From contig SGYR01000001.1 of assembly GCA_004213405.1 (NCBI GenBank), forward strand, positions 8,866 to 72,865: 64,000 bases of DNA, in the 5' to 3' direction. Below the pieces are notes generated by a model. That model worked only from the letters and a program-made list of their open reading frames with translations. It was not told the DNA's origin and did no database searches. The translations under genes and the position numbers were made by a program. The stretch comes from Candidatus Actinomarinales bacterium. Lineage in GTDB: Bacteria; Actinomycetota; Acidimicrobiia; Actinomarinales; Actinomarinaceae. Shown piece by piece: positions 29,609 to 40,804 of the stretch (its first letter is position 1; each line of letters begins with the position of its first letter).

Positions 29609-32089
29609 TTATGATTCAGATTCTACAAAATCTACAGGTGGTTCATCTGGAGCTTCAACTGATTCAAACTCTAGAGTATTTTCATCTTTATTTAATGAAA
29701 TTATTATTGTTGATCCAGCTTTGTATTTACCTTGTAAAAGCTCTTCTGAAAGAGGGTCCTCAAGTAATCTCTGTATAGACCTTCTTAAAGGTCTCGCTCC
29801 AAATTCTTTATCATAACCTTCGGTTGCTAAAAATTCTTTAGCTTCATCAGAAAGTACGATTTCTAAGTCAGAGTTTTTAAGTTGACTGTGTAATCTATCA
29901 AGCATTAAGTCAACAATTTCTTTAACTTCGTCAATTGTTAGCTCATGGAAAACAATTGTTTCATCTATTCTATTTAAAAACTCAGGCCTAAAATATCTTT
30001 TTAATTCTTCACCAACTTTTGATTTCATTTTTTCATAATTATCGATTTCGCTTAGATTACTGAAGCCGATATTTTTGGCAATATCTTTGGTTCCTAAATT
30101 TGAAGTCATGATAATTATTGTGTTCTTAAAATCAACAGTTCTACCTTGTGCATCTGTAAGTCTTCCATCTTCTAGAATTTGGAGAAGTGTATTAAATACA
30201 TCAGGATGAGCTTTTTCTACTTCATCAAGAAGAACTATACTGAAAGGTTTTCTTCTTACAGCTTCGGTGAGTTGGCCTCCTTCATCATAACCAACATAAC
30301 CCGGAGGTGAGCCAATTAATCTACTTACTGTATGCTTTTCCATATATTCAGACATGTCTATCTGAATTAATGAATCTTCATCACCAAAAAGAAACTCTGC
30401 TAAAGCTTTTGCAGTCTCAGTTTTACCAACACCAGATGGTCCTAAAAATATAAATGAACCAGATGGTCTTTTGGGATCTTTTAATCCAGACCTTGTTCTT
30501 CTAATAGCTTTTGAAACAGCCGTAATTGCTTCATTTTGACCAATAATTCTCTTATGTAGCTCGATTTCCATTTCTAACAACCTAGCTGTCTCTTCTTGGG
30601 TTAATCTATGAACCGGTATGCCTGTCCATTGAGCTAAAACTTCTGCAATTTCTTCTTCATCAATTACCATTTCAATTTCTGAAGCAGATGCTGAGTCTAT
30701 AGTGTTTACTTCATCAAGTAATAGTTTTTCCTGATCTCTTATTTGAGCTGCCTTCTCAAACAATTGAGATTGAACAGCATCAATTTTTTGCTCTCTTAAA
30801 TTTTTAAGTTTGTCAGCTATCTCTTGTTTATCTTGATCAAGAGGTTTCTTGTAAACTCTCATACGACTACCTGCTTCGTCAATCAAGTCAATAGCTTTGT
30901 CAGGTAAGAATCTATCAGATATATATCTGTCTGCCATATTGACAGCAGAAGCGATAGCTTGATCTGTAAACCTGACTCCGTGGTGGACCTCATATCTATC
31001 TTTCAATCCATCTAATATTTCTATAGCATCTGAGAGTTTTGGCTCATCAACTTGTACGGACTGGAATCTTCTTTCAAGTGCAGCATCTTTTTCAAAATGC
31101 TTTCTAAATTCTTCTAGTGTTGTGGCACCTATTGTCTGTAGTTCGCCCCTTGCTAACATTGGTTTTAAAATTGACGCAGCATCAATCGCTCCTTCAGCAG
31201 CTCCGGCACCAACAAGTGTGTGTATTTCATCTATAAATAAAACTATGTCACCTCTTGTTTTTATTTCCTTTAAGACTTTCTTTAGACGTTCTTCGAAATC
31301 ACCCCTGTATCTTGATCCTGCTACTAAAGCAGATAAGTCAAGTGTATAAATTTGTTTGCCCTCAAGAGTTACTGGAACGTCCCCTGAGATAATTTTTTGA
31401 GCTAAACCCTCAACAATCGCAGTTTTACCAACTCCTGGCTCACCAATTAAAACTGGATTGTTCTTTGTTCTTCTGGATAGTATTTGCATTACCCTTTCAA
31501 TCTCTGTTGTTCTGCCAATAACAGGGTCCAGCTTTCCTTCTTTTGCCATTCTTGTAAGATTTCGTCCAAATTGATCTAAGATAGCTGAACCTGTTCCTGA
31601 ACCAGGTCTTTCCCTACCTCCTGTAGATGCAGCTTGTTGCTTTTTGCTTTCACCTGCAGATGAAATTAATTTGATCACTGTTTGTCTAACTTGAGATAGT
31701 TCAGCACCTAATTTTTTTAAAACTTGAGCAGCAACGCCTTCTCCTTCACGAATCAATCCGAGTAGTATATGTTCTGTTCCTATGTAATTATGTCCTAGCT
31801 GTAAGGCCTCTCGAAGTGAAAGCTCTAAAACTTTTTTTGCTCTAGGAGTAAAAGGAATATGCCCACTCGGTGATTGTTGGCCCTCCCCAATAATTTCAAC
31901 AACTTCTGACCTAACGCTGTCAATATTGATATTTAATTCTTCCAAAGCTTTTGCAGCATGGCCTTCGCCTTCTTGAATTAAACCAAGAAGTATATGTTCT
32001 GTGCCAATGTAATTATGATTAAGTCTTCTAGCTTCTTCCTGTGCTAAAACTACGACCCTTCTGGCTCTATCGGTAAATCTTTCAAACAT
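29609..32089 (-). CDS. clpC: ATP-dependent Clp protease ATPase subunit ClpC
   Basis: [22 protein letters not shown]-domain; two AAA+ modules ([16 protein letters not shown]). Confidence 0.97.
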   Translation of the reverse strand: MFERFTDRARRVVVLAQEEARRLNHNYIGTEHILLGLIQEGEGHAAKALEELNINIDSVRSEVVEIIGEGQQSPSGHIPFTPRAKKVLELSLREALQLGHNYIGTEHILLGLIREGEGVAAQVLKKLGAELSQVRQTVIKLISSAGESKKQQAASTGGRERPGSGTGSAILDQFGRNLTRMAKEGKLDPVIGRTTEIERVMQILSRRTKNNPVLIGEPGVGKTAIVEGLAQKIISGDVPVTLEGKQIYTLDLSALVAGSRYRGDFEERLKKVLKEIKTRGDIVLFIDEIHTLVGAGAAEGAIDAASILKPMLARGELQTIGATTLEEFRKHFEKDAALERRFQSVQVDEPKLSDAIEILDGLKDRYEVHHGVRFTDQAIASAVNMADRYISDRFLPDKAIDLIDEAGSRMRVYKKPLDQDKQEIADKLKNLREQKIDAVQSQLFEKAAQIRDQEKLLLDEVNTIDSASASEIEMVIDEEEIAEVLAQWTGIPVHRLTQEETARLLEMEIELHKRIIGQNEAITAVSKAIRRTRSGLKDPKRPSGSFIFLGPSGVGKTETAKALAEFLFGDEDSLIQIDMSEYMEKHTVSRLIGSPPGYVGYDEGGQLTEAVRRKPFSIVLLDEVEKAHPDVFNTLLQILEDGRLTDAQGRTVDFKNTIIIMTSNLGTKDIAKNIGFSNLSEIDNYEKMKSKVGEELKRYFRPEFLNRIDETIVFHELTIDEVKEIVDLMLDRLHSQLKNSDLEIVLSDEAKEFLATEGYDKEFGARPLRRSIQRLLEDPLSEELLQGKYKAGSTIIISLNKDENTLEFESVEAPDEPPVDFVESES

Positions 32090-32168
32090 ATTATTATTTT
32101 AACAAAGGTCTGTTTATACACTTAAATGAAAATTACAACTATTTATACATTTACTTTATTCTTTAGTT

Positions 32169-33152
32169 ATGGAAAGCAATGAAATCAAAAAAATTATTCC
32201 TTTCAATGATATTTGGGATAACTTAAATATATTAGAAGAAAGACTATTAGAAATTTCTAGCTCTTCAAATGATTACCTTACATCAATATCTCAATATCTT
32301 ATAAATGCCGGAGGAAAAAGATTTCGACCAATAGTCACCTCACTTGCTGGAAAGTTTGGAAATGAAATTGAAAATATTAGCAAAATTATAGACGCTGGTG
32401 TTTGTGTTGAACTAATACATATTGGAAGTTTATATCATGATGACGTCATGGACAATGCTACAACAAGAAGAGGAGTTGAAAGTTCAAACTCAAGATGGAA
32501 CTCATCCCTTTCAATACTTGCAGGAGATTATTTACTTGCAAGATCTTCTGAACTTGCAGCGGAGAGTTTAGGATTGGAATCAGTCAAACTGCTGGCTTCC
32601 ACTTATGCAGAATTAGTTGAAGGTCAAACAAAAGAGTTGAATTTAGCTTTTGACCTTGATCAAAAGATTGATGATTACTTAACAGTTATTGAAGGTAAAA
32701 CTGCGAGCCTTATTAGAACAAGTGCAAGACTTGGTTCTCTTGCTAGTTCAGCAGATAGTGAGATTGTTGATGCCTTGAGCAATTGGGGTTGGAACTGTGG
32801 AATAATTTTTCAAATATCTGATGATATATTAGATTTAACTTCTGACTCGCAAACGTTAGGAAAGCCTGCAGGTAATGATATTTTAGAAGGAACTTACACA
32901 TTACCAGTCTTAATTGCATTGAATAAAGATAAAGGTAAGTACCAGGAACTCTTAACTGAAATAAAAGAAGATAAAATTGATGTTAAAAATGTACTTGATG
33001 AATTTACTACAAAGGAAATAATTGACGACTCAAAAGAAATAATCAATAGCTACTTAAATGACAGTGTAGAGGCGATATTTACACTCAAAAATCATGAACT
33101 ATTTCCAGTTCTAGAAAACATTAACAATTATCTTATTAATCGAACAAATTAA
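32169..33152 (+). CDS. Polyprenyl diphosphate synthase (HepT-like)
   Basis: GGKRFRP, HDDVMD..RRG, GKTA, DDILD. Confidence 0.92.
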   Translation: MESNEIKKIIPFNDIWDNLNILEERLLEISSSSNDYLTSISQYLINAGGKRFRPIVTSLAGKFGNEIENISKIIDAGVCVELIHIGSLYHDDVMDNATTRRGVESSNSRWNSSLSILAGDYLLARSSELAAESLGLESVKLLASTYAELVEGQTKELNLAFDLDQKIDDYLTVIEGKTASLIRTSARLGSLASSADSEIVDALSNWGWNCGIIFQISDDILDLTSDSQTLGKPAGNDILEGTYTLPVLIALNKDKGKYQELLTEIKEDKIDVKNVLDEFTTKEIIDDSKEIINSYLNDSVEAIFTLKNHELFPVLENINNYLINRTN

Positions 33153-34630
33153 TTTTCAGGTTTTAAATGTGGAAAGGCAATAACTTCTCTAATTGATTCA
33201 TTGTTTGTAAGAATCATTACAAATCTATCTACACCAAAACCAAGTCCACCAGTTGGAGGTAGTCCATACTCCAAAGCTTCAATGTAATCCCTATCTTCTA
33301 CATGTGCCTCTTCATCTCCCTCAGCTTTTTTTTGAGCTTGTTCTTTTAACCTTGCTTCTTGATCAACTGGATCAATGAGTTCGGAAAAACCATTGGCTAA
33401 TTCACTACCAAAAGCAAACAATTCAAACCTTTCAGTCACTCCCTTCTTTTCTTTACTTTCCCTGGCAAATGGTGAGGCTTCTTTGGGGTAGTCTGTTACA
33501 AATGTAGGATTTACAATATTGTCTTCAATGTATTTTTCAAACAAATCGTAAACTAACATTCCTGTAGTTTTAGATTCATTCTCAATCTTATGTTTTGTTA
33601 AAAACTCTTCTTTGATTTGTTTTAAATCTGTATTATGTTTGATTTCAACATCAAAATGTTCGCTTACCAAATCAAACATACTTATTCTTCTCCAAGGAAA
33701 ACTAAAATCTGCTTCTTTTTCAGCAAACTCTATCTTTAAATCATGATTTAATTGACTTAATATGTGCTCGCACATCCTTTCAACCATGTCCATTACACCA
33801 TTTACGTCTGTGTAAGCCTCGTAACTTTCCATCATTGTGAACTCAGGTGAGTGTGTTTGGTCAATGCCTTCATTTCTAAAAACTTTTCCAACTTCAAAAA
33901 CTTTTTCATAACCACCAATAATTAATCTTTTTAAATATAATTCAGGAGCAATTCGAAGAAACATGTCAATACTCATTGCGTTATGGTGTGTCACAAAAGG
34001 TTTTGCAATCGCACCTCCTGCTTTTGGCTGGAGTGTAGGGGTCTCAACTTCAATAAACCCATCACTAACCATAAACTCTCTTATTAATTTAAGAACTTTA
34101 AATCTCGTATCTATAGTTTTCTTTGCATCATCATTTACGATTAAATCAAGATACCGTTGTCTAAATCTAGTTTCTTTATCTTTCAATCCATGCCACTTTT
34201 CAGGAAGTGTTCTTAAAGATTTGCTCAAAACTATTAAATTGGAAATTTTTAATGAAAGCTCTCCCTTTTTTGTTTTCATTATGCTTCCAGAAGTGCCTAT
34301 TATGTCTCCTACATCCATTAACTCAATGTGTTCTTCTAATTTCTCATCTAAATCATCTTTAGAAGCAAGTAATTGTATTTTTCCAGTTGAGTCTTTTACA
34401 TCTATAAATGTTAATTTTCCAAAAGACCTAATACTTAGTACTCGACCTCTCACAGCAACACTAATATCTGTTTGTTCTCCATTGTCTAGACTTTGATGGT
34501 TGGCATGAATGTCGCTTATAAAACTTGCATTTTTATAGTATGTTGGAAAAGACTCTGTTCCCTTTAATTTTTCAACCTTCTCACGTCTAAGGTCATATAT
34601 TTCTTTTTCAGATTTTGATAATTCGGTCAC
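33149..34630 (-). CDS. lysS: Lysine-tRNA ligase (class II)
   Basis: LRIAPELYLKRL, FRNEG, YGLPPTGG. Confidence 0.97.
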   Translation of the reverse strand: MTELSKSEKEIYDLRREKVEKLKGTESFPTYYKNASFISDIHANHQSLDNGEQTDISVAVRGRVLSIRSFGKLTFIDVKDSTGKIQLLASKDDLDEKLEEHIELMDVGDIIGTSGSIMKTKKGELSLKISNLIVLSKSLRTLPEKWHGLKDKETRFRQRYLDLIVNDDAKKTIDTRFKVLKLIREFMVSDGFIEVETPTLQPKAGGAIAKPFVTHHNAMSIDMFLRIAPELYLKRLIIGGYEKVFEVGKVFRNEGIDQTHSPEFTMMESYEAYTDVNGVMDMVERMCEHILSQLNHDLKIEFAEKEADFSFPWRRISMFDLVSEHFDVEIKHNTDLKQIKEEFLTKHKIENESKTTGMLVYDLFEKYIEDNIVNPTFVTDYPKEASPFARESKEKKGVTERFELFAFGSELANGFSELIDPVDQEARLKEQAQKKAEGDEEAHVEDRDYIEALEYGLPPTGGLGFGVDRFVMILTNNESIREVIAFPHLKPEN

Positions 34631-34639
34631 ATTTATATC

Positions 34640-35407
34640 CTAATTATTTAAGTTAAATATTTCTTCTAACCCAACTAATGTTAAATTTTCTTCATACTGT
34701 GCATTTAAATTTAGTGCAGGCTGAATAATTGGACTTAAACCTCCAGTTAGAATAATTTTTGGTTTTGTACCCAATTCTTGCAAAAGTCTCTCGATCATAG
34801 AATCTATCATAGATGCGTGCCCAAAAATTAACCCGCTCTGAATAGCTTCATAAGTATTTTTACCTACAACTTTTTTTGGAAGGTCTAATTCAACAGATTT
34901 CAAAGAAGCGGTCTTCGATGTTAAAGCGTCCAGGCTAATCTTTATACCCGGTGCAATAGCTCCGCCTAAATACTCTTTTTTATTGTTTACAACATCAAAA
35001 GTAGTTGCTGTCCCTAAATCAACAATTACAACATCTGACTCGGCAATTTTATAACCAGCAACTGAATTTGCTATCCTGTCAGGTCCTAATTCTTTTGGAT
35101 TATCAATATTTACTTTTAAACCTGTTTTAATACCGGGCCCCACAACGATAGGTGGGAAATCTAAATATTTCTCAATTGCTTGAATCATATTATTGGTTAC
35201 TTGAGGAACAACTGAGCAAACTATAGAACCTGCTAATTCATTTCTTGTGTCATCTATAAAGTTAAAAGTGGAGTTAAAAAGTGCTAACAATTCATCTGGA
35301 GTGTTTGCATCTCTAGTAGTAAACCTATAAGAATCCCAGCCATGCTTGTTTCCTATTCCAACTGTTGTTTCAGTATTTCCAATATCAATTGCTATTATTT
35401 TTTTCAT
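34640..35407 (-). CDS. coaX: Type III pantothenate kinase
   Basis: DIGNT, LGPDR, DLGTATT, GGAIAPG. Confidence 0.95.
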   Translation of the reverse strand: MKKIIAIDIGNTETTVGIGNKHGWDSYRFTTRDANTPDELLALFNSTFNFIDDTRNELAGSIVCSVVPQVTNNMIQAIEKYLDFPPIVVGPGIKTGLKVNIDNPKELGPDRIANSVAGYKIAESDVVIVDLGTATTFDVVNNKKEYLGGAIAPGIKISLDALTSKTASLKSVELDLPKKVVGKNTYEAIQSGLIFGHASMIDSMIERLLQELGTKPKIILTGGLSPIIQPALNLNAQYEENLTLVGLEEIFNLNN

Positions 35408-36222
35408 ATTTCTATATCAATGTTGTCTATCAACCTTACATTTTCAACATAAGCTGCAGTTAATAACTTTAATTTCTTTGAGTATTTATTTGGATAATTA
35501 AAATTTTCTTCATCTACTATTTCAAGATAGTCCAAATCTATTTCATTTTGACTAATTGAATTAATCCCTAGTTCAACAGATTCCTCGAAACTTTTACCTA
35601 AATTTATTTCTTTAGCCACTTTTTGTAAAGATTTAAAAATATTTGCTGCATTTAATTTAGCATTTTGTGATAGATGCTTATTTCGACTACTCAAAGCAAG
35701 GCCATTTACATCTCGAAATATTTCGCCTTCTATTATTTCAATATTTAAATCAAGACGATTAACCATGTCCTTAATTAAAAATAATTGTTGCGCATCTTTT
35801 TTCCCAAAAACAGCATGGCTAGGCTTTATTAAATCAAACAGTCTATTTACAACAGTTAAAACTCCCTCGAAATGGCCAGGCCTTGAAGCTCCCTCGAGAA
35901 TAGATCCCACTTTACCAGGAACAATAGAAGGAACTCCTTCACTAGGATAAATGTAGCTTTCCTGAGGGAGAAAAATAAAATCAACACCAATATTTTTCAA
36001 AAATTGAATATCTTGTTCAAGCTCGATAGGATAATTTTTGAAATCGTCATCATTATTGAATTGTCTTCTATTTAGAAATATGGATACCAAGGTTTTTAAA
36101 TTTGTTTTTTTTCCAATATCTACAAGTGATAGGTGGCCTTCGTGTATTGATCCCAATGTGGGAATAAAACAAATGTTTTCAGAAAGAATGTCATCGTTTA
36201 TTGTATTTATAACTTTTGTCAT
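35404..36222 (-). CDS. panC: Pantoate-beta-alanine ligase
   Basis: PTLGSIHEGH, RPGHF, FGKKDAQQ, LSSRN, RLIDN. Confidence 0.93.
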   Translation of the reverse strand: MTKVINTINDDILSENICFIPTLGSIHEGHLSLVDIGKKTNLKTLVSIFLNRRQFNNDDDFKNYPIELEQDIQFLKNIGVDFIFLPQESYIYPSEGVPSIVPGKVGSILEGASRPGHFEGVLTVVNRLFDLIKPSHAVFGKKDAQQLFLIKDMVNRLDLNIEIIEGEIFRDVNGLALSSRNKHLSQNAKLNAANIFKSLQKVAKEINLGKSFEESVELGINSISQNEIDLDYLEIVDEENFNYPNKYSKKLKLLTAAYVENVRLIDNIDIEI

Positions 36223-36249
36223 TATCGTGCCCTAAAATGGTGCCCGTAC

Positions 36250-36723
36250 TTAAGTTTTAATTTTACCAATATTAGTTATTTTTTGATCAAAAATTTTAAA
36301 ACTAGATTTATCTAAAGGCTTATTTAAAACCTCGTATAAAGGCTCGACAACAAAAAGTCTATTTTGCCAATCATAATGAGGGATAATTAAATCTTCTTCG
36401 TTAATTTCTTCACCTTTAAAAAATATAATATCTATGTCTATCAACCTTGGTCCGTATCTAAAATTTTTCTTTCGCCCCATCTGGGTTTCTACTTCCTTAA
36501 TTTTTACCAGTAAATTTCTAGATGTTTCTTGATATTCAATTTCAATAACAATGTTGAAAAAATCATCTTGTTCTTTGTAAAGTAGTGGTTCTGTTTTGTA
36601 GACTGATGAGATTTTAATTATCTTGGTAAAATTAGAAATTAGCCTTATTGCATCAATTAAATTACTTTCTTTATCACCAATATTTGAGCCCAAGGAGAGG
36701 AAAATACTATTTGAATTCTTCAC
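36250..36723 (-). CDS. folK: HPPK (2-amino-4-hydroxy-6-hydroxymethyldihydropteridine diphosphokinase)
   Basis: LGSNIG, SSVYKTEP, GPRLIDIDI, PH. Confidence 0.93.
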   Translation of the reverse strand: MKNSNSIFLSLGSNIGDKESNLIDAIRLISNFTKIIKISSVYKTEPLLYKEQDDFFNIVIEIEYQETSRNLLVKIKEVETQMGRKKNFRYGPRLIDIDIIFFKGEEINEEDLIIPHYDWQNRLFVVEPLYEVLNKPLDKSSFKIFDQKITNIGKIKT

Positions 36724-37075
36724 GATAAGAAACCGAAATGCCCTCTGTTCTATCTTTTAAAATTGTTCCTGGTTTATAAACTGTAACCTTAATTTCTTGT
36801 AACATAGATTCATTTTTTGCGTATTTAAATACAATTTTTTCAGAAATTTGTTTTGCCAAAGTTTCAATTAAATCATAGCTTTCGTTGTTAACGAATTTTA
36901 TAACTAAATTAACTATTTCCTCATAATTAAGTGTTTTGTTAATATCGTCCTCAGAAAAATCAGAAATATTGATATGAATATCTACCAAAAACTCCTGTTC
37001 GTTTTGTTTTTCATGATCATAAATTCCATGTTTTCCAGAACACTTGATTTTAGAAATATTTATGTCGAATGACAT
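36707..37075 (-). CDS. folB: Dihydroneopterin aldolase
   Basis: HGIYDHE..Q.F, LNY, LIETLA, KP. Confidence 0.9.
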   Translation of the reverse strand: MSFDINISKIKCSGKHGIYDHEKQNEQEFLVDIHINISDFSEDDINKTLNYEEIVNLVIKFVNNESYDLIETLAKQISEKIVFKYAKNESMLQEIKVTVYKPGTILKDRTEGISVSYREEFK

Positions 37076-37078
37076 TAT

Positions 37079-37549
37079 TTACGTAGTAGGAATAAGAGCT
37101 ATAGCTTTTGGTGAAAGTGGTTTTTCTAATATTTTTTCTAGTATGGTTCTTGCCAAAATAGGATCGTCCAAAAGCTTAGAGTAAATTAAATAACCAGCAA
37201 GAATTCCCGGAACTTGCTCATCTAATAATTCTCTATGTATTAAAAGCTTTCGATCCTTATCTGATAATGCTTCTTTGATTGCATCAAAAATAACATTTAG
37301 GGACTCTTTTGGAATGTCATCACTTAGCGGATAATGATAAGTTCTAAAACCTACTTCTTGATAGTTTTTAAGATTAAAGTCTGAATCAAGTAGTGAGAAA
37401 ATAGCATTAATGCCCTGTCCTTTTAGCCACTGGATTTCTTCTTCCCTCCTTATTTTACGAGGAGTAAGGCCACCACCACCAATGCACTCGGAAACAGCTA
37501 GTTTTCCTTCAATAATCCAATGAAAATCATTGGGTTTTAAACCAGCCAT
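37079..37549 (-). CDS. PTP/DSP-fold-like protein lacking the CX5R catalytic motif
   Basis: WIIEGKLAVS...GINAIFSLL...YHYPL...LLIH pattern of DSP-like proteins; strong GGAGG SD. Confidence 0.6.
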   Translation of the reverse strand: MAGLKPNDFHWIIEGKLAVSECIGGGGLTPRKIRREEEIQWLKGQGINAIFSLLDSDFNLKNYQEVGFRTYHYPLSDDIPKESLNVIFDAIKEALSDKDRKLLIHRELLDEQVPGILAGYLIYSKLLDDPILARTILEKILEKPLSPKAIALIPTT

Positions 37550-37588
37550 TGTAACCTCCGTAAATTACATGTTAGCTTAAATGTAAAA

Positions 37589-38332
37589 CTAAGAAGCTAT
37601 GTGTAGCCTGACCAAAGAAACGCCAGACTTTATACAATGGTCATAAAGTTCTTCATGTGTCATCTCTAAATTTTGAGCAAATTTTTTCTTTGAATAACCC
37701 ACAACTAATGGAAACCCAAAGGAAAAATATTCTAGATTATCAAACAATTTTTGAGAGTCCTCCATTGATTTGCCAAAGCCTAAACCTGGATCAATAGAAA
37801 TTCTGCTTTTATCAACTCCATGAGAAATTAAATTTTCTATTTTTTCTTCTAAATGATCTCTTACTTCTTTTACTACATCTTTGTAATTCATCTTTTCTTG
37901 AATATCAGATGAATTTGGGTGCCTATGTACAAGAATAATCTTTGGAGCTTTTTCAACAATTAATTGAATCATTTTTAAATCATTGAAACCACTTACATCG
38001 TTAACAATTTCAAAATTATTTTCTAAAGCATGTCTGGCAATCTCATAATTCATCGTATCTACGGATAATTTAAACTTTCCAAAATAATTAGAAATAAAAA
38101 AATTAAATCTTTTTAATTCTTGTTCATATCTAACTTCTTTAAAGCCTGGTTTAGTTGAAACCCCACCAACATCAAGAATTTTTATTTCCTTTTCTTCTGC
38201 TGTTTTTAATAAAAATCCCAGTCTCTCTTTGTTTTCAAAAACGCCGTCACCAGTAAATGAATCCTTTGTTGAATTAATAATTCCAATTACGTTTTGGGTT
38301 AATGAATTTAAAAGATTATTCCAATCCGTCAA
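37589..38332 (-). CDS. folP: Dihydropteroate synthase (short, divergent)
   Basis: NSTKDSFTGDG, STKPG, SVDT, NDVSG, DPGLGFGK, SKK, RLH. Confidence 0.88.
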   Translation of the reverse strand: MTDWNNLLNSLTQNVIGIINSTKDSFTGDGVFENKERLGFLLKTAEEKEIKILDVGGVSTKPGFKEVRYEQELKRFNFFISNYFGKFKLSVDTMNYEIARHALENNFEIVNDVSGFNDLKMIQLIVEKAPKIILVHRHPNSSDIQEKMNYKDVVKEVRDHLEEKIENLISHGVDKSRISIDPGLGFGKSMEDSQKLFDNLEYFSFGFPLVVGYSKKKFAQNLEMTHEELYDHCIKSGVSLVRLHIAS

Positions 38333-38334
38333 TT

Positions 38335-38895
38335 TTAAGAAAAGTTTAAAAGTGCTTCGTTTCTTAAAGAAAAGTCTAATTCATACACACCAGTTGAGTA
38401 TGTAGTTATGACCTCCTCTGATGAATTTTGTGAATTCAATAAATCAGAGCAAAGATGTTTTGCAGAAATTTTAACAAAAACTCCATCAGCATCTAAAGTG
38501 TTGTGTATGAACGAGGCAATTTTTTCAGTTAACTTTTCCTGTAATGTTAAGTCGTTTGAAAAATGTCCTACAAGATCACTAAATTTTGAAATTCCCAATA
38601 TCTTTTTCTTTGGGAAAACAGCAATACTTGCTAAGCCGTGAAAAGGCATCATATGATGTTCACATAAGCTAATGTATGAAATTCCGTTTATATAAATAGG
38701 TTGACTGTGTCTAACTTCTTTTAGAGATTCAAAAATAAGTGTTTCATCACTTTTATTAGATAATTTTTTTTGAACTTGGTCTAAAAACTTAATTGATAAA
38801 TTTTTTATTTCTTCATCACTTTTATCAGTTATTTCTTTTAGTAAGAAAAATAAAGATTCCTGTGCCTGGATTAGGTTAGTTTGAACTTTGCTCAT
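38335..38895 (-). CDS. folE: GTP cyclohydrolase I (divergent)
   Basis: SLCEHHMMPFHG, GISK, QE, HLC; directly after ftsH. Confidence 0.85.
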   Translation of the reverse strand: MSKVQTNLIQAQESLFFLLKEITDKSDEEIKNLSIKFLDQVQKKLSNKSDETLIFESLKEVRHSQPIYINGISYISLCEHHMMPFHGLASIAVFPKKKILGISKFSDLVGHFSNDLTLQEKLTEKIASFIHNTLDADGVFVKISAKHLCSDLLNSQNSSEEVITTYSTGVYELDFSLRNEALLNFS

Positions 38896-40760
38896 CAGGC
38901 AAGCCTTAAGCTTTTACCAGTACCCTGAATTTTTACTTTTTTAATAGCTTTAAATACTTCAGCTACTTCATCTCTATTAATAGTCTCTTTCTCCATTAAT
39001 AAATTAACCATTGCATCCATTTGTTTTTTAAACTTCTTTAATATTTTTCCAGCAATTATGTGAGCGTCATTCAATAAATTTCTTACCTCATCATCTATAG
39101 ATGAGGCGACTTCGTCAGAATAGTCTTGTTGTCTTCCATAGTCTCGACCAAGGAATACTTCATTTGAACCTTTGCCGTAAAGCATTGGTCCAAGCTTTTC
39201 ACTCATACCAAATTCCATCACCATTCTTCTCGCAATATCTGTTGCTTTTTCAATATCGTTTGATGCTCCTGTAGTTGGGTCTGCAAATATTAACTCCTCT
39301 GCAACCCTGCCTCCCATAAGCATTGCAAGTCTGTCTTTTAATTCAGCCTTAGATGAAAGATACTTTTCACTATCGGGCAATGCCTGAGTATAGCCAAGCG
39401 CTCTTCCCCTTGGGATAATGGTAACTTTGTGAATTGGGTCTGCATTTGGAAGTGCCCAACCTACTAAAGCATGGCCAGTTTCATGATAAGCAATAATTAA
39501 CTTTTCCTCTTCTGTAATTACTTGACTTTTCTTTTCAGGACCAGCCATAACTCTATCAATTGAGTTCTCGATATCGACAATACCTATAGTTTTTTTATTT
39601 TTTCTTGCAGCTAGTAGTGCTGCTTCGTTTAATAAATTAGCAAGATCAGCACCGGTAAATCCTGGTGTTTGTTTAGCCAAAGTTTCAAAGTTAACATTTT
39701 TTGCTAATGGTTTATCTTTAGCGTGAACTTTTAGAATTTGAGTTCTTCCTGCCAAATCAGGCCTGCCAACTATTACCTGTCGATCAAATCTTCCCGGTCT
39801 TAATAAAGCAGGATCAAGAACGTCTGGCCTGTTTGTTGCTGCCATAAGTATTACACCTTGATTTGCTTCAAAACCATCCATTTCAACAAGTAATTGATTT
39901 AGTGTTTGTTCTCTCTCGTCGTGCCCACCACCAAGACCAGCTCCCCTCATTCTTCCAACTGCATCAATTTCATCAATAAATATGATTGCTGGAGATGATT
40001 CTTTGGCTTTTTTAAATAAATCTCTTACCCTGCTAGCTCCAACTCCTACAAACATCTCAACAAAGTCGGATCCTGAAATGCTAAAAAATGGAACACCAGC
40101 TTCCCCAGCAACTGCTTTTGCAAGAAGAGTTTTGCCTGTTCCTGGAGGGCCTACAAGTAAAACCCCTTTAGGAATTTTTGCACCAAGTTTGTTAAATTTT
40201 TCTGGAGATTTCAAAAACTCTTTTATCTCTTCTAGCTCTTCTTTAGCTTCTTCAACACCTGCTACATCCTGAAATGTAACTTTTGGTGCTTCTTCGTCGA
40301 GCTCTTTTGCTTTTGATTTACCAAATTGCATGATCTGATTTCCATTTGATCTAACTTGAGAAAACATGTAGAACATAAATGCTGCAAGAAATAGCCAAGG
40401 TAAAAATGCAAAAACATAATCTTGAAACCCTGCAGGCTCTGTGTCAGTATTTAAGACTATATCTTGATCAACTAAGAGTTGAAATACTTCACCCTCAAAA
40501 CCCTCTGGATATTCTGTTTGATATATGGTTTCATCATTTGCTATTTTAAATTCGACCATATTTGATTGTTCTTTTATTGTGGCTTCTATTACAGAGCCGG
40601 AGGTAATTTCATTTTTAAATGCAGTAAAAGATTTGCTTTCAGGTGCGTTAACTGTAGAGTTGTACTGCTGCACGCCAAGAAAGATAAGTAGTCCTAAAGC
40701 AAAGTACATAAAAAATGACTTATTGTTATTTTTTTTATTTATTTCTTTTTTCTTATCCAT
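38895..40760 (-). CDS. ftsH: ATP-dependent zinc metalloprotease FtsH (ATG 40760 preferred)
   Basis: 2 TMs, [21 protein letters not shown]. Confidence 0.97.
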   Translation of the reverse strand: MDKKKEINKKNNNKSFFMYFALGLLIFLGVQQYNSTVNAPESKSFTAFKNEITSGSVIEATIKEQSNMVEFKIANDETIYQTEYPEGFEGEVFQLLVDQDIVLNTDTEPAGFQDYVFAFLPWLFLAAFMFYMFSQVRSNGNQIMQFGKSKAKELDEEAPKVTFQDVAGVEEAKEELEEIKEFLKSPEKFNKLGAKIPKGVLLVGPPGTGKTLLAKAVAGEAGVPFFSISGSDFVEMFVGVGASRVRDLFKKAKESSPAIIFIDEIDAVGRMRGAGLGGGHDEREQTLNQLLVEMDGFEANQGVILMAATNRPDVLDPALLRPGRFDRQVIVGRPDLAGRTQILKVHAKDKPLAKNVNFETLAKQTPGFTGADLANLLNEAALLAARKNKKTIGIVDIENSIDRVMAGPEKKSQVITEEEKLIIAYHETGHALVGWALPNADPIHKVTIIPRGRALGYTQALPDSEKYLSSKAELKDRLAMLMGGRVAEELIFADPTTGASNDIEKATDIARRMVMEFGMSEKLGPMLYGKGSNEVFLGRDYGRQQDYSDEVASSIDDEVRNLLNDAHIIAGKILKKFKKQMDAMVNLLMEKETINRDEVAEVFKAIKKVKIQGTGKSLRLA

Positions 40761-40804
40761 CTTATTCAATTTAATACTCTTGGGTTTAAAAGCAATACTG
40801 ACAT

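Noticed and set aside
33963..34496. Long antisense ORFs (this one, 40525-40941, 47739-48191, 50865-51308 and the other short opposite-strand ORFs)
   Set aside because: Shadows of well-conserved genes on the other strand, with no recognisable motifs
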